DNA from: Octopus sinensis
Lineage: Eukaryota
Direction: 5' to 3'
Assembly (NCBI RefSeq): GCF_006345805.1
Contig: NC_043006.1
Location: forward strand, 30,876,001-30,940,000
Length of the DNA: 64,000 nucleotides
Below are positions 12,303 to 24,480 of this stretch, in pieces. Position numbers and translations under genes: made by a program. How positions within the stretch are numbered: the first letter of the stretch is position 1; each line of letters starts with the position of its first letter. The notes below the pieces were generated by a model that saw only the letters and a program-made list of their open reading frames with translations, made no database searches and had not been told where the DNA came from.

Positions 12303-13106
12303 TGATGATACTTGACTATTATCAATAAATTGCTGTGTGAGTGAATGTGGGTGGTGGTGGTAGGCAAATGAGCTGCACTGGTCTGACTGAACACTCAATA
12401 CAGGAAGGCAATCTTTGACTGTGTTATCTGAAGCAACCTTGAGACTCCCTGAATGTGCAAATGATACAGAGTTGAATAGATGGGGTCTGGGGGTCACCAT
12501 ATTGAAGGAAGTTGAACGTTGATGGGTTGATGGTTTACACCTGTGAGCAGCTCAACCAATTTCTATTGGTTGAGTGAATTAACGACAGGGATGGTAGATT
12601 GGCTCTGCCAGGAGTGAGACAAAAGAATATTTCCCTTTTGAAATTATATGAAGAACATTTATATAATCTCTCAAGGCTGCTGGTCTTCAAAGATGTAATC
12701 CAATGAAGACATGTGGAAAGATGCTGCGTGCTTCCGTATTGAAATAGGAGATTGATGTTGTTCCAATGTTTCTGGAAACAACCTTTATTTTCAGCATTTT
12801 TTTTCTCACATACTCTTTGGTGTTAGCCATGGGTGGTGATGTTTTTTGTAAAATTGGCTCTTTACATATGAATTATGGAAATGAATATTTTTTAAAAACT
12901 AGAAGCCCTTCTTCTCCCACTTTTTATTGTTGTGGCTTCGTCTGGAGAGGCAGGGGCTGTGCTTATCCAGTCCAGCTTGATAGAACTGAAGCAATTAAAG
13001 TCATGTCTTATAAAAGATACAGCTTATGAATTAAAAATACCAAATAAAGTTTTCTTAGAAAATTACTATTTTTTAAATCTCACAATGCGAGATATTCAGC
13101 AACAAT

Positions 13107-13359
13107 ACTTTGTAGTAAAGATTGTTTGCCAACATAACATGGCAGTCTTGATTTAGGACGAATTATTCTTTGCTGATGAAGGGAAATAACCTGGAAATTG
13201 TGATACACAGATATTGTTTTGAGCTGAGTGGGGGTGCTAGATTCCCTTGTTCAAAAATATAAGGACACAGATCGATGTCTCCTGGGGCTAAATTACAGCA
13301 ACATTCATCCTAAACCAGGACTGCCATGTTATGTTGGCAAACAATTTTTACTATGAAGT
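13107..13359. mobile_element. About 250-bp fold-back element with about 57-bp terminal inverted repeats and an internal hammerhead-like core (13173-13197)
   Basis: Arms 13107-13163 and 13303-13359 are reverse complements with about 6 mismatches; internal CTGATGA-AGG-GAAATAA-CCT-G-GAAA. Confidence 0.7.
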
Positions 13360-13579
13360 TTTCTTGTTATTCATTTTAAACGTTCTTTCAGCTGCATCTT
13401 AAATATATTACTGTTGTTCCAGTTACTAACACCCTAAAATTGTGGAAATGGAAATAGAAAACTAGGACCCTTTTAATAATTAAAGGAGATCTGGGCATGA
13501 AGTCATGGAATCGGGGTGGGGGTCAGCTGGGGAAGTCTAGAAACTACTTAGATTGGTTTTATGGATTGTTGGAAATGAA

Positions 13580-13804
13580 ACCATTCAACATTTAAACCAG
13601 CTTGATCTGGTCCAAATATATAACCTGTTTTATGTTCAGACTGGCTAGATCCAGTTTCTCACGCATGACCAACAATGTCATTCAAAAATAAACAGTCAGA
13701 TCATTGAAATCTCAAGGCTACAAGTCAATGCAGGATTAATTCAAAACAATGTGAATAAATAATGCACTGCATTTAACAAAGTTATCTAAATACTAAGGGG
13801 TTAA
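13580..13804 (-). mobile_element. piggyBac-type MITE (same family as 39072-39260)
   Basis: Ends in aatactaagggg-TTAA; internal sequence is the reverse complement of the 39 kb copy. Confidence 0.6.
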
Positions 13805-14249
13805 TTGATTGTTGTGTGCATTAACCTCAGTATATTACTGGTACTCCTTTTTTTTACCAACATTAGACTGATGAAGTGCAAAAGGAACATTGGTGAGATT
13901 TTAATTCAATAACTTTTATATATTAGTTGCTGTTTTTAAAAGTTGGAGATGTCAGAAATGTAACTCCTTGATTCCAGGAAAATTTAAATAATTATGTTAG
14001 ACATCTTGAGTGATGTGATAGCTGTGGATCTATTTTGCTTAATTCTCACCCACCCTTTTATAATGTCGGGTAGCCACGTATCTCCTCTATAGTAAGACAC
14101 ATATTCTTGTCTCTCTAACATACTTTAGCCTCTCAACTTCTAGCATAAAGCCATCCTTCCCCCTCTGCCTCCCAAATACCGTCCCCCACTTAGTAGTGGA
14201 GGCATTTTTGTTTTTGTTTTCCTTATTCTTTTCTGTTTTGCAACCTATG

Positions 14250-14452
14250 TGGTGACCTCACTCGTGCTGGTGCCATGAAAAAAAGCACCCAGTATATTGT
14301 GTAAGGTGGCTGGCACTAGGAAGGGCCTCCAGCCATAGAAACCATTGCCAAAGCTGACATTGGAACTCTATACAGTCTTAGGACACATTGGGTCTTGTCA
14401 AAGCATCCAACCCATGCCAGCAAGGAACCCAGATGCTAAATGATGATGACAA
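14250..14452 (+). mobile_element. RTE-type LINE 3' UTR fragment (family C)
   Basis: aggaagggcctccagccatagaaacc ... ccaacccatgccagca ... gatgatgac. Confidence 0.75.
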
Positions 14453-15572
14453 TAATGGTGATGAAGATGCTAGAAGAAGAAATATAACCTTGAGTTCAGC
14501 CTCTCTTTTGTTAACACCCACACTTTGTCATTTTATTCCATTTATCCTGTTAATTCTACCAGGAAAGACATGAATATCACAACACACCACTTGCCCACTT
14601 CTCTTGCAATTCTGATACCACATGCCTAGTGACAAGAAATCAATATTGTATTAAGGCTGCAAACATTGTTCTTTGTTGGTTTAAGCAGCCATTCTTTGGA
14701 ATTGTTAGAAAATTGGAAAGTCAGCTAAATCAAACAATGTGATGATGCCAGGTTTATTGTTGGCAAGAAGATCAATGTCTTTTCTCTAGAGTCAGAATAT
14801 TTATAGAGAGGGCGGAGGGATGTGGGATTGTATGGGAGGGAGAAGGAGAGAGAGAGAGAAATAAGAAAGTGAAAGTGAAAGAGAGTAGCTGTGGGAGGAG
14901 GGAGGTTATGAGGAGACTGAGGCAGTTGTTAAAAGTCTTCCTCTTCTTGCTAGAGAGATAGAATTAGTGTTTCTTTGAGTGAAGAAGATACAAACATTAG
15001 GTTTTCAGGAAAGAAATGTTGTGATGTTCATGCTTTCCCTAAGGACAGTTGCCAAGTGTTGGAATAATAATAGTAATGATAACATTTAATAATAATAGTG
15101 ATAATAATAATAATAATAACATTTAATAATAATAGTAATCATAATAATAATAATAATAATCTTAAATTTATTTTGAGATATGTGCTTCTTTCTTTCTTTC
15201 TTTCTCTGCTCTCCACCTTTTCCTCTCTTTCACCATTTGTCTCACCCCTTACCATCTTTCCTTCATTCACTCTTTTCCTCTTTTTCTCCTGTTGCTGTTT
15301 TTTTCTTTCTTTCTTTTCACTTCTTCTGCCTCCTCCTCTTCCTCCTCCATATTGAACTAAAATTGATGTTTTCTAGACAAGATGATTTTGATCAGATCCG
15401 TTTGTCTTGATTGCTTCATGTTTTTTCGTTTTCTTTACCATTCCTATTTTATTTATTAACATGGTTTTTTTCCTTTTATAGATTTATTAACTATTTTTTT
15501 CCCCCATTTCTTTTATTTATTTTGTTGTTGCCATCAAGTAAACACCGTTGGTTAATGATTGCAGCATTTAGT

Positions 15573-15586
15573 GCCGGCGCCATCTT
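15573..15586 (-). promoter_or_regulatory. YY1-like motif (AAGATGGCGCCGGC) in a repeat-poor island; second motif AAAATGGCGC at 16041-16050
   Basis: Matches the YY1/Pho consensus (CGCCATNTT); CpGs are retained in a CpG-poor background. Motif match only. Confidence 0.3.
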
Positions 15587-16124
15587 TTAGGTTTGCTTCA
15601 CTACACCAAAATTAATCAATATCTTCCATTCTGATAGAAGATGTTGTTTATTTTTGTTTTTGCTCTGTTTTTTTGTTCCTATTTTACTTTTCCATTCACA
15701 ACAAGTAAGCTTTTGTTTAGAGGGAGAATAAAAAGAGGAATGTTTATGATGATGATGATGATGATTGTTGTTTGTGTTGCTGTTGTTATTGTCTGTCATT
15801 GGCAGATGCCGATATCGGTAACGTTGCAGCCACCATTGAAAATCACTGAAGAATTATATTTTCCAGAAAACACTAAACACTATTTTTTCTTTACTTTTTT
15901 TTTCTCCCTTTTCATGTAAATCCTTTTGTTACAGGAGTTAACTGCTTACCATTTATAGAGCGAATGTATGCGTGCACACACACACACACAGACACACACA
16001 CACACACACACACACACGTGCAAATGAGTAAAGTGCATATGCGCCATTTTGGGTGTTCCAGATTGTATTTCAAAGGTACAAACTGGGTCTGTAAATCATG
16101 ACTTATGTCTTATCATCATCATCA

Positions 16125-16292
16125 CTTGACAACTGATGCTGGTGTGTTTATGTCCCCGTAACTTAGCGGTTCAGTAAAAGAGTCCGATAGAATAAGTACT
16201 AGGCTTACAAAGAATAAGCTCTGGGGTTGATTTGCTCGACTAAAGGCAATGCTGCAGCATGGCTACAGTTAAATGACTGAAACAAGTAAGAG
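16125..16292 (+). mobile_element. SINE family A, 3' half
   Basis: gacaactgatgctggtgtgtttatgtccccgtaacttagcggttcag ... gactgaaacaagtaagag. Confidence 0.85.
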
Positions 16293-16621
16293 TAAAAGAA
16301 AAAAAAAAGAGTACTTACAATCCTTATATTATTATTATTAATCTTTTTTTTCCTTTCTATATTTCTGTCTTTTGATCTTTTCCATATTTGTTGTTGTTAA
16401 GCATACTGTCACTCCGGCCTTGCTTGCTGTATTGAGCATTGATAAAAACTTATAGATTTGTTTTAGATGTGCTGAGCTATGAAGCAACTTTTAAATCACT
16501 AACATGATAACGCATATGTAAAGAGATATTAATACTTTCTAAGGAGATTAAAATCTGTGTTGTGGATCTAGTTGTGATGGTGGTTGTAGTGATGTAATGG
16601 CTGGAAGCAGATTATCTTGAC

Positions 16622-16835
16622 GTATATTTGTCACCTAAATGTGGCTAACCCTCAAGGATTGATGCTACTGTAGCTTGTAGCCCCAGGAAGATATCTCATC
16701 CAACTGGCTATTGACACACTGTGCCCTATCAGTATTTGCAAAGGGAAGTCATCGTTCCCATCTCCATGTGTATCACATCAGGCTGGAGATGGGAATGGCC
16801 CTTAAGGATTAGCCACATTTAGGTGACAAATATAC
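16622..16835. mobile_element. About 215-bp fold-back element with 36-bp inverted arms and an internal 12-bp hairpin
   Basis: 16622-16657 and 16800-16835 are reverse complements with 2 mismatches; ttcccatctcca/tggagatgggaa at 16755-16795. Confidence 0.75.
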
Positions 16836-16929
16836 TTCATGATGTCATGTGGCTACTGTTTATACCTTGCTCAGAGGCAGATTATCTTACACAACAACAT
16901 GAGATGATGAGTTCAATGTTAAGGAGATC

Positions 16930-18120
16930 CCCACTAGCAGTCTATCTGAAAATGTGAGTTTCATATGCAGTAGATGCACTGAAGTAGTACATACAAGCCC
17001 ATCAAGAACTGAGTCTCTTAAATGCACAATAGTTGATAGCTCTTGTTACTTGGGAGATGTAATTGGCAAGGAAAGTTGTTGCTCTGAAAATATAGTCTCT
17101 AGAAGGAGAACTGAGTGGAGAAAGTACTACTGTTGCGAACAACAAAGATTTTTGCCTTAGGAGTGATGGGCAGATTGTAGGATGCTTGTGTTAGAACCGC
17201 AGTGCTGTATAGGAGTGAGAGATGGGCCTTGAATGCAGAGAAGTTGAGAAAACTGGAAAGAAATGAAGCGAGCATGTTCTGCTGCTGGATGTGCAGTGTG
17301 TGTGTGTGTGTGTGTGACAGAATTAGTAGGAAGGCGCTGAGGGAAAAACTGGACATAAGAGGAATCAGATGCAGTGCACAAGAAAGAAGACTGTGCTAGC
17401 ATGGACATGTAATGCAGATGGATGAGGGCAGCTGTTTAAGGAAGTGCTGACCACCAAATTTTAGCTAGAACTTGCAGAAGAGGAAAGCCCAAGAAGTCAT
17501 GGGATGAAGTGGTTAAGACTGACCGCTGGACCCTGAGCATTATGAAGGAGGTAAAAAAATGGACTGGGATCTCTGGTGTTATGAGATTCTTGAAAAGATT
17601 TGCCTTCCTCAGCAAAGGAACTGAGTTGTGGAAGTTGTGCTCTCCACCTACGTTACAGTGACTCCCATGCATTAAACCTGCCTCTTCTCCTCACTCACCC
17701 TTCAACCCTACCCCTTCAAGCAGCCCACTTCTTCATCCCTTCATTCTCCTTCACATACATTCTTGCAGACCAATTCTTCAACTTACCTTGTAGGGCCTCC
17801 TAGTCATATCCTCACCATTATCTATCTCTGTATGTTCTACAAGAATTTGCACTGCCCCAACCACCCCTCATAATCTAGTCCCTTCTTTAGCAAGAAGCTG
17901 ACTCCCCCATCCCAAGGTTTGTGGCTTTGTGAGCTGTATAGTGAAGGTGCCATGAAAAAAAGCACCCAGTACTTACAGTAAAGTGGTTGGTGTTAGGAAG
18001 AGCATCATCCAACCTTAGAAACCACCCCACAGCTGACATTAGAGCACAATGCAATACTTGGACGCATCAAGTTCTGTCATCATGTCATCATGGATGGATG
18101 TTAAATGATCATAATGATGA
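16930..18120 (+). mobile_element. Degenerate RTE-clade LINE 3' portion (post-RT ORF remnant plus 3' UTR with family C tail)
   Basis: Frameshifted peptides FICSRC..VDSSCYLGDVI, GRL*DACVRTAVLYRSERWAL..LRKLERNEASM, LREKLDIRGIRCSAQERRLC*HGHVMQM, RRGKPKKSWDEVV are typical of RTE C-termini; family C tail at about 17940-18120. Confidence 0.85.
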
Positions 18121-21100
18121 TAATGATTTATTTATAAAACTGACTGATTAATAACTAGTGGGATCCATGAATATTTCATGGAATTAATGGTAAACCTATT
18201 GACTTAAAGTTTGGATAAAGTTCTGAAAACTTTATCCAAAAAAAAACCTTAAAGCGTAGCTTGTATGGAAAGACAGTCCCTCATCTACTAATCATTGAAA
18301 AGTGAAAGAAATTGGAATAAGATGATTATTTAAAACACTTTATAGACTTAATACACAACACTCATAAAATAAATATTCACTCTTATTTTTCCATTTTCCC
18401 CATAAACAAAACAAAAATATCTCTTACATATATGCAATTTAACTATCTGTCATGTAAATAAGCGTGAATATTTCATGGAATTGCACTTATGCGCATGAGT
18501 TAAGTGATAAGTGATATAAAAAATTTAGTTAAATTTTAAAAAAAATATACTTTTCACTATCAAATCACATCCACCACAATCACCATCTCACCCCCTCTCC
18601 CTCCTCATTCTCTCTCTCTCCCCTCTCTGTGCCTTTCTTTAACCTCACCATCAGAACATCACCCCTCTGTTACAATTATATTTTTAATTCTCCTCCTCTA
18701 TATCACGTAATAAATATTAAATTCTCCCTACCTTACGTCATGAATGCTTCTCTCTCCGTCTTTCTCTCCATCATTTTCTCTCTCCGTCATTTTCTCTCTC
18801 TCTGTCTCACTCTTCACCTTATCCTTTTTTCTCTCTCCTTTTTCTTTCTCCTCTCTTTCTGTTCAACTAAATCACATGACAGCATTACAATTACATTACC
18901 TCTACCTCATGTCATGGACGCTTCTCTCTCCTTCTTTTTCTCTTCTTCTCTCTCCTTTTTCTCTCCTTCTCTTTCTGTCCTTCTCTCTCCTTTTTCTCTC
19001 TTTTTTTTTGCCTAATCATGTGAAAGCGTTACCAGCAAGCTAAGTAACAGGATGACAAACAGAATTACTGTAAGATTGTAAAATATAACTTATGTACAAG
19101 GTGATAACTTATAAAATTATTTTGCAAGATTTTCAACTTGATTATGCAAGAAAGACTTGGATTTCTTTTGAAGTCTGATGAAATACAGTACTTTTTTGTG
19201 TGGGATTACCCTGTATTGATATTCAAGTCTGCATTTTTCTAAGCCTAGGCCACTAGTATAGGCTCAGTCACTCTATCCTCACACACATTTAAAGAGAGAT
19301 GTCCATTTTCTACTCGTTTTTGCCCATCAACTTAATTACTTCCTTAAACCTTTCTCAACTTTCAGTTTCTGTTCTCTATCCCAACATAAAACTGATCTTT
19401 CAAACCAGACAAAGACTTGAGTAACCACTTGCCCAGGAGCTCCTTTCCCCCTCTCACTTACATCCCAGTAGTTTAAAACACTCATCCTCTTGATATCACT
19501 TTTGTTTCTTTCTCTCCAACAGTTTCTCCTAACTGCACTCCTCCTCCCTCAACCCTGATCACTCTGCCTCCCCCATCATCACCAACCTTATTTGTTGTAT
19601 AATCTGGAGTAAATGAGACTTTAAATCTGTTTAAACTCAATCTGTTAGAAATAGAAACTAAATCTTCTTTGAATCACAGCCTGCCATTACAGATAAAGTA
19701 TATATTGGACAACGTAGTTCCTGATCTACAAAAAGATGGGATGATCATGGCTTTGTTCATGCCCAACCTTATTAACAACAACAATAGCCGTATCACCATG
19801 TGTAAATGCTGCTGGTTTCTATAGATGTGTGAAGCTGGTTGTTGTTGTGAAGATCTTGTTGGCAAGCGCCACTTTCATATCCGGAACAACATCCAATTCC
19901 TCTTAAAACCTACAACCTGCCAGGCTGCCATAGCCTCTTTTGCCAAAGATGCTAGATAGAGGAATTCTCCCTGGCCTTCTTAGTTAAAGGAGCAAGTGCA
20001 ATGTTTACAATAGCTGGATCTGTCTTACACAAGACAATAAATGTTTTACATAACTCTACAAGTCTACAAGAACACTGAATATGTGTGTGTGTGTGTGTGT
20101 GTGTGCAATTCAGTTTCATTGTTCTATGCCTATCTAGGATGGGCCTGCTTGATGACACTTCCATAGCTTTAGATTTATCTTCAACCGGCAACGCTTCCCA
20201 GTAGCATTGCTAATCATTTCTGGAAGTTATCTGTAATCTTTGGCCTGGAAATCCTCCAGAATTGACCAGGCAGTTCATCTTTGTTGATGTCCATAGCTTC
20301 CCTGACAATATCATTGTTGTTCCCTACCATAAATTGACTCTGCTCTTATGAAACTTCAACTGAGTAGACTGATTGACCAGTAGAGGGGGATGAGCACTTG
20401 ATAGTACTGCTTTATAGCTCCATCATTAGAGACAATTTTCAGAAAGACCTGACTTACAAATGGAGACCACATCTGCTCACCATCCAGGAATCTTTGTAGT
20501 TTCAGTGCATGTTGGTGTATCAACAACCAAGGCATGCCAATCTGCTCTGTGTAGAAAGTGTTAAGTGTAAGCATAAAGATGTTAGGAGAAATCTGAACCA
20601 ACAGAGAGGAGTTCCAACTCGTTGAAAAGCACAAATCTCTGATGTCCAAGTGGCTAAACAGTGTCAGCAGAAGGGCGCCCAGGAGTCATGATCTGAATGC
20701 GGCCTGGACCCTTGAGAGTGTAAGAAATTAAGGGCTGAAAAACTTGCCTAAGGGTGGGGTTTTCATCTCTGAAGGCCTATTGTTTGGCTCTTTTGAGAGT
20801 TCCTAATTACTGCTGATGACAAACCTTCATACAGGCATATGTATGTTTATATGTAGCCTAATATTCAACGAACCTGACATTGACCATTGTTGGACTCTCT
20901 TAAGCTGGTGCTGGTGGTGGGGGGTAGAATCAACTTGTTCTGAAACCTAATCTAATGTTGTTGATTAGTTCGTTAGAGGCAGTGTGAGATTATACCTCCT
21001 TACTTATGCATATAATTCCTTAAACATAAATAGATGATGTATTGATAGACATAGACACATGGAAATACATCAGTGTATTTAAGAATATATATGTACATGT

Positions 21101-21135
21101 GTGTGTGCATGCGTGTGTATATATATATATATATA

Positions 21136-21169
<34 letters not shown>

Positions 21170-21202
21170 GCGTGTAATATATATATATATATATATATAT
21201 AG

Positions 21203-21344
21203 TATACTTATTGAAAAGCAGAAAAAAATATGTCACAAAAACTTTTACTCAGTTTCATGTTCCCATTTGTCACACAATGGGAACGTGAAACTTTGAGTAA
21301 CAGTTTTTGTGATAAATTTTTTGCTGCTTTTTAATAAAGTATAT
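21203..21344. mobile_element. Fold-back Penelope-like remnant with a degenerate hammerhead-like core on both arms
   Basis: Arms of about 65 bp around a tgtcacac loop. The plus arm reads ATG-GGAA-CGT-GAAAC; the minus arm reads GTGACAA-ATG-GGAA-CAT-GAAAC. Flanked by (TA)n. Confidence 0.55.
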
Positions 21345-21420
21345 AACTCTACCTCTGGTATTCGTGTACTATTTTTTCCACCTTGTTTCGCATATATCTG
21401 CTTACTCTGGTGTGTGTATA

Positions 21421-21455
<35 letters not shown>

Positions 21456-21689
21456 GTTGGGGTGATAGGTACCTTATCGGAGGTAGTCAATAAGTTATAA
21501 TGGCTACCTCTGAAGAGTGCAGGGTTACACAACCAGATTGTTACCCAACGCTCTGTTGAATCCCTAGCATAAAACATTGGTAAGATGAGCCATAAGGGCT
21601 ATATAATACTGTACACTTCGATTAATACACCCACTCTGTTGACAGATATATGAGTGCAATTTTTCCTGACTTATGGACTCTTAGACAGC

Positions 21690-21725
<36 letters not shown>

Positions 21726-21847
21726 TGTTTATATGTATATAAAAACAAACATGCTTTGTGTGTCATTATATATTTACATATGAGTTTGTGAGAAAAGAGA
21801 GAAAGTAGGTTTTGTGTGTGAAATGTTATTTGCACAAGAGTGAATGA

Positions 21848-21890
<43 letters not shown>

Positions 21891-22331
21891 GGAGAGTAAA
21901 TAAGTGTAAGTAGATCAGTTGAAAGAGAGGCTGGGAAAGAGGGATGGAGGGCATGCAAGAGTGCAGATTTGCAACAGCAGCCATTCTTTCACAATGACAA
22001 CAGAGCTAAACAGTAACATAACAGGAAATCTAAACGTTTTAAGTCACCAAGTCTTTCCTGAGTCTACGTAAGCAATGATGAAGACAACTGATGGTTTCAA
22101 CCAGCATCACAACAACAACAACAACAGCAACAGCAACACATGAAAAGCTATTGTCACTTTTGAATAGGCTGATGTTTCCATGGCTGACATACAGACTCGA
22201 CATCAATTGACGAGAAGCTAACAATGTCAACACCAAACCTTACAAAAGTTGTTTGTTTTTGTTGGTTTTGTAATTATTATTATTTTAACGAAGAAATTAT
22301 TGTTATGTTGATGATTATTATTATTATTATG

Positions 22332-22888
22332 ACAAGCTGGCAGTATTGTTCGCATGCTGGGCGAAATCCTTAGCGGTATTTCGGCTGCTGCTACGTTCTG
22401 AGTTCAAATTCCTCCAAGGTTGACTTTGCCTTTCATCCTCTTGGGGGTTGATAAATTAAGTACAAGTGAAAAACTGGGGTTGATGTAATCGACTAGTCCC
22501 CGCCCTGCAAATTTCAGGCCTTGTACCTAGAGTAGAAAAGATTATTATTATTACTATTTTTATGACTACTACTACTACTACTACTACTACCGCCACCACC
22601 ACCACCACCATTACTACTACTACGACTACTATTATTATTACTACTACTATTATTACTACTGCTACTGCTACTACTATTATTATTATTATTATTACTATTA
22701 TTATTACTAATATAAGAGCAGTGAGTGGCATTTCATCCACCTTTACAGTTTGAGTTCAAATTCTGCTGAGGTTGACTTTGCCTTTCATCCTTCTGGGGCT
22801 GATAAAATAGGCACCAATTGAGTACTAGGGTAGATGTATTCAACTCACTCCCTCCCCCAAACTGCTGGCCTTGTGCCAAAATTTGAAA
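22332..22888 (+). mobile_element. Two SINE family B copies separated by an (ACT/ATT/ACC)n microsatellite
   Basis: GCTGGCAG A-box-like start, GAGTTCAAATTC B-box, and the central GACTTTGCCTTTCATCCT domain. Confidence 0.85.
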
Positions 22889-24074
22889 TCTTTATTATTA
22901 TTATTATTATTATGGCCACTATACTGTAAAGTCATGGAAATTTGGTGCTCTGTAAGTTGAAAAAGTGTTTGTGATCTTTTTGGCCCTCTAAGTCCCCTTG
23001 TTTTCATTTTTATTGTTACCATTGCATTTCTGAGATTGTGTGCACTGTGCAGATAGTATTATTGCATAGAAACACTTCCTGTTTTGCAGGGGGTGCACAT
23101 CAATAATTTTTGAATCTGCATTTTCAGCAAAGCAAATATTTTGCAATTTTCTTTAATTATTTAAAGATGACTTATAAAGAAGCCATCATAATGCTTGACA
23201 AAGGAACATGTTCCTTGTTGGAAGAAATTGAGAATAAGAATATCAAATGGCCTAAACTTAATGACATTACCAAGGTGAATAATGTTTTATCTCTGAGCAA
23301 CTTCAAAACTTTCAGTGTCCGCAGTGAGAACAACAGCAACAGCAGTGACAACACCACCACCACCAATGACAACAGCAACAAAAATATAAAAGAAATAAAT
23401 TAAATACCAGTGGTGCACTGTGGTCAGTGCAATTGACTAGTCTCCCCACCAAATTTAGGCTTCGTGCCATTAATAGAAAGAATTATTCATCATCATCATC
23501 GTTCGCTTTCCATGCTAGCATGGGTTGGACGGTTATTATTATTATTATTATTATTGGGTGGTTGATTAGCAGTATTGTTACATTGTAGGGGTTTGTTCCA
23601 GGTTTTTGATTCAGAGTTCAGATGCTTCTGAGCTTGACTTTGCTTTACCTGCTTTGCACCCCTCCAGAGTTGATAAGGTAAAGGACCAGCCAAGCTGAAA
23701 GGGTTGACAGCATCAACTAATAGACTTTCCCCTCAAGTTTGCAGTCCTTGTGCCTAATTAGAGCCAATTCTTATTGCAGTGGAATGTAAGAAATAATTAG
23801 CACTACATACCTCACAGTCATTGCTGTTGTTTGGCCAGAGTTCAGCTCTGATCAAGCAGATCTTGGATCCAGCCATGAGCATCTCATCTGTATCTTATGG
23901 GCAGGACCACATTATTCTATGGATTTTGTTCTAAGATGGTGGGGGTATGATTTGAGGAAGATTTGGTCAATATTTCTGTGTTCTGAATTCAAATTCTATT
24001 GTTGTTGAATTTGCCTTCTTTCTCTTCAGGATTACTAGAATTAATACCAGTTATATATTAAGTTTTTCCAATCA

Positions 24075-24480
24075 TCATAACTGGCACCTGTGCCAGCGGC
24101 ACATAAAATGCACCTTTTGAGTGTTGGGCCTCACAGAGGCAATATGGCTGATGCCGGTGTCATGTAACTAGCACCTGTGCCAGTTGTACGTAAAAAGCAC
24201 CTTTCAAGCGTTGGGCCAAGACCTTTGGCAATATGTTGTGCTTGAGTAGAAGAGCCATCTAGCCAAATAAAATCGTAGTTGTGACAGATTTTGGTGCCAG
24301 TGACGTGTATAAGCACCCATTACACTCTTGGAGTGGTTGGCATTAGGAAGGGCATCCAGCTGTAGAAACCATACCAAATCAGACTGGAGTCTGGTGCAGC
24401 CACTCAGCTTGCCAGCCCTGGTCAGGCTGTCCAACCCATGCCAGCATGGACAACAGATGTTAAATGATGATGATGATGAT
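24075..24480 (+). mobile_element. RTE-type LINE 3' end (family C)
   Basis: gttgggcctcacagaggcaat and gacctttggcaatatg ORF-end remnants, shared UTR, (GAT)n tail. Confidence 0.8.

Noticed and set aside
19870-20760. Possible degenerate LINE endonuclease/RT relic on the minus strand
   Set aside because: Only vague similarity; no diagnostic motif could be read with confidence.
22043-22072. Possible 24-nt microexon ending in GTAAGC
   Set aside because: The acceptor lacks a pyrimidine tract and there is no other support.
22456-22753. Poly-Val/Ile and poly-Thr ORFs
   Set aside because: Trinucleotide microsatellite between SINEs.
23781-23800. miR-1/206-like start TGGAATGTAAG
   Set aside because: The match stops after the seed region and no hairpin partner is visible.
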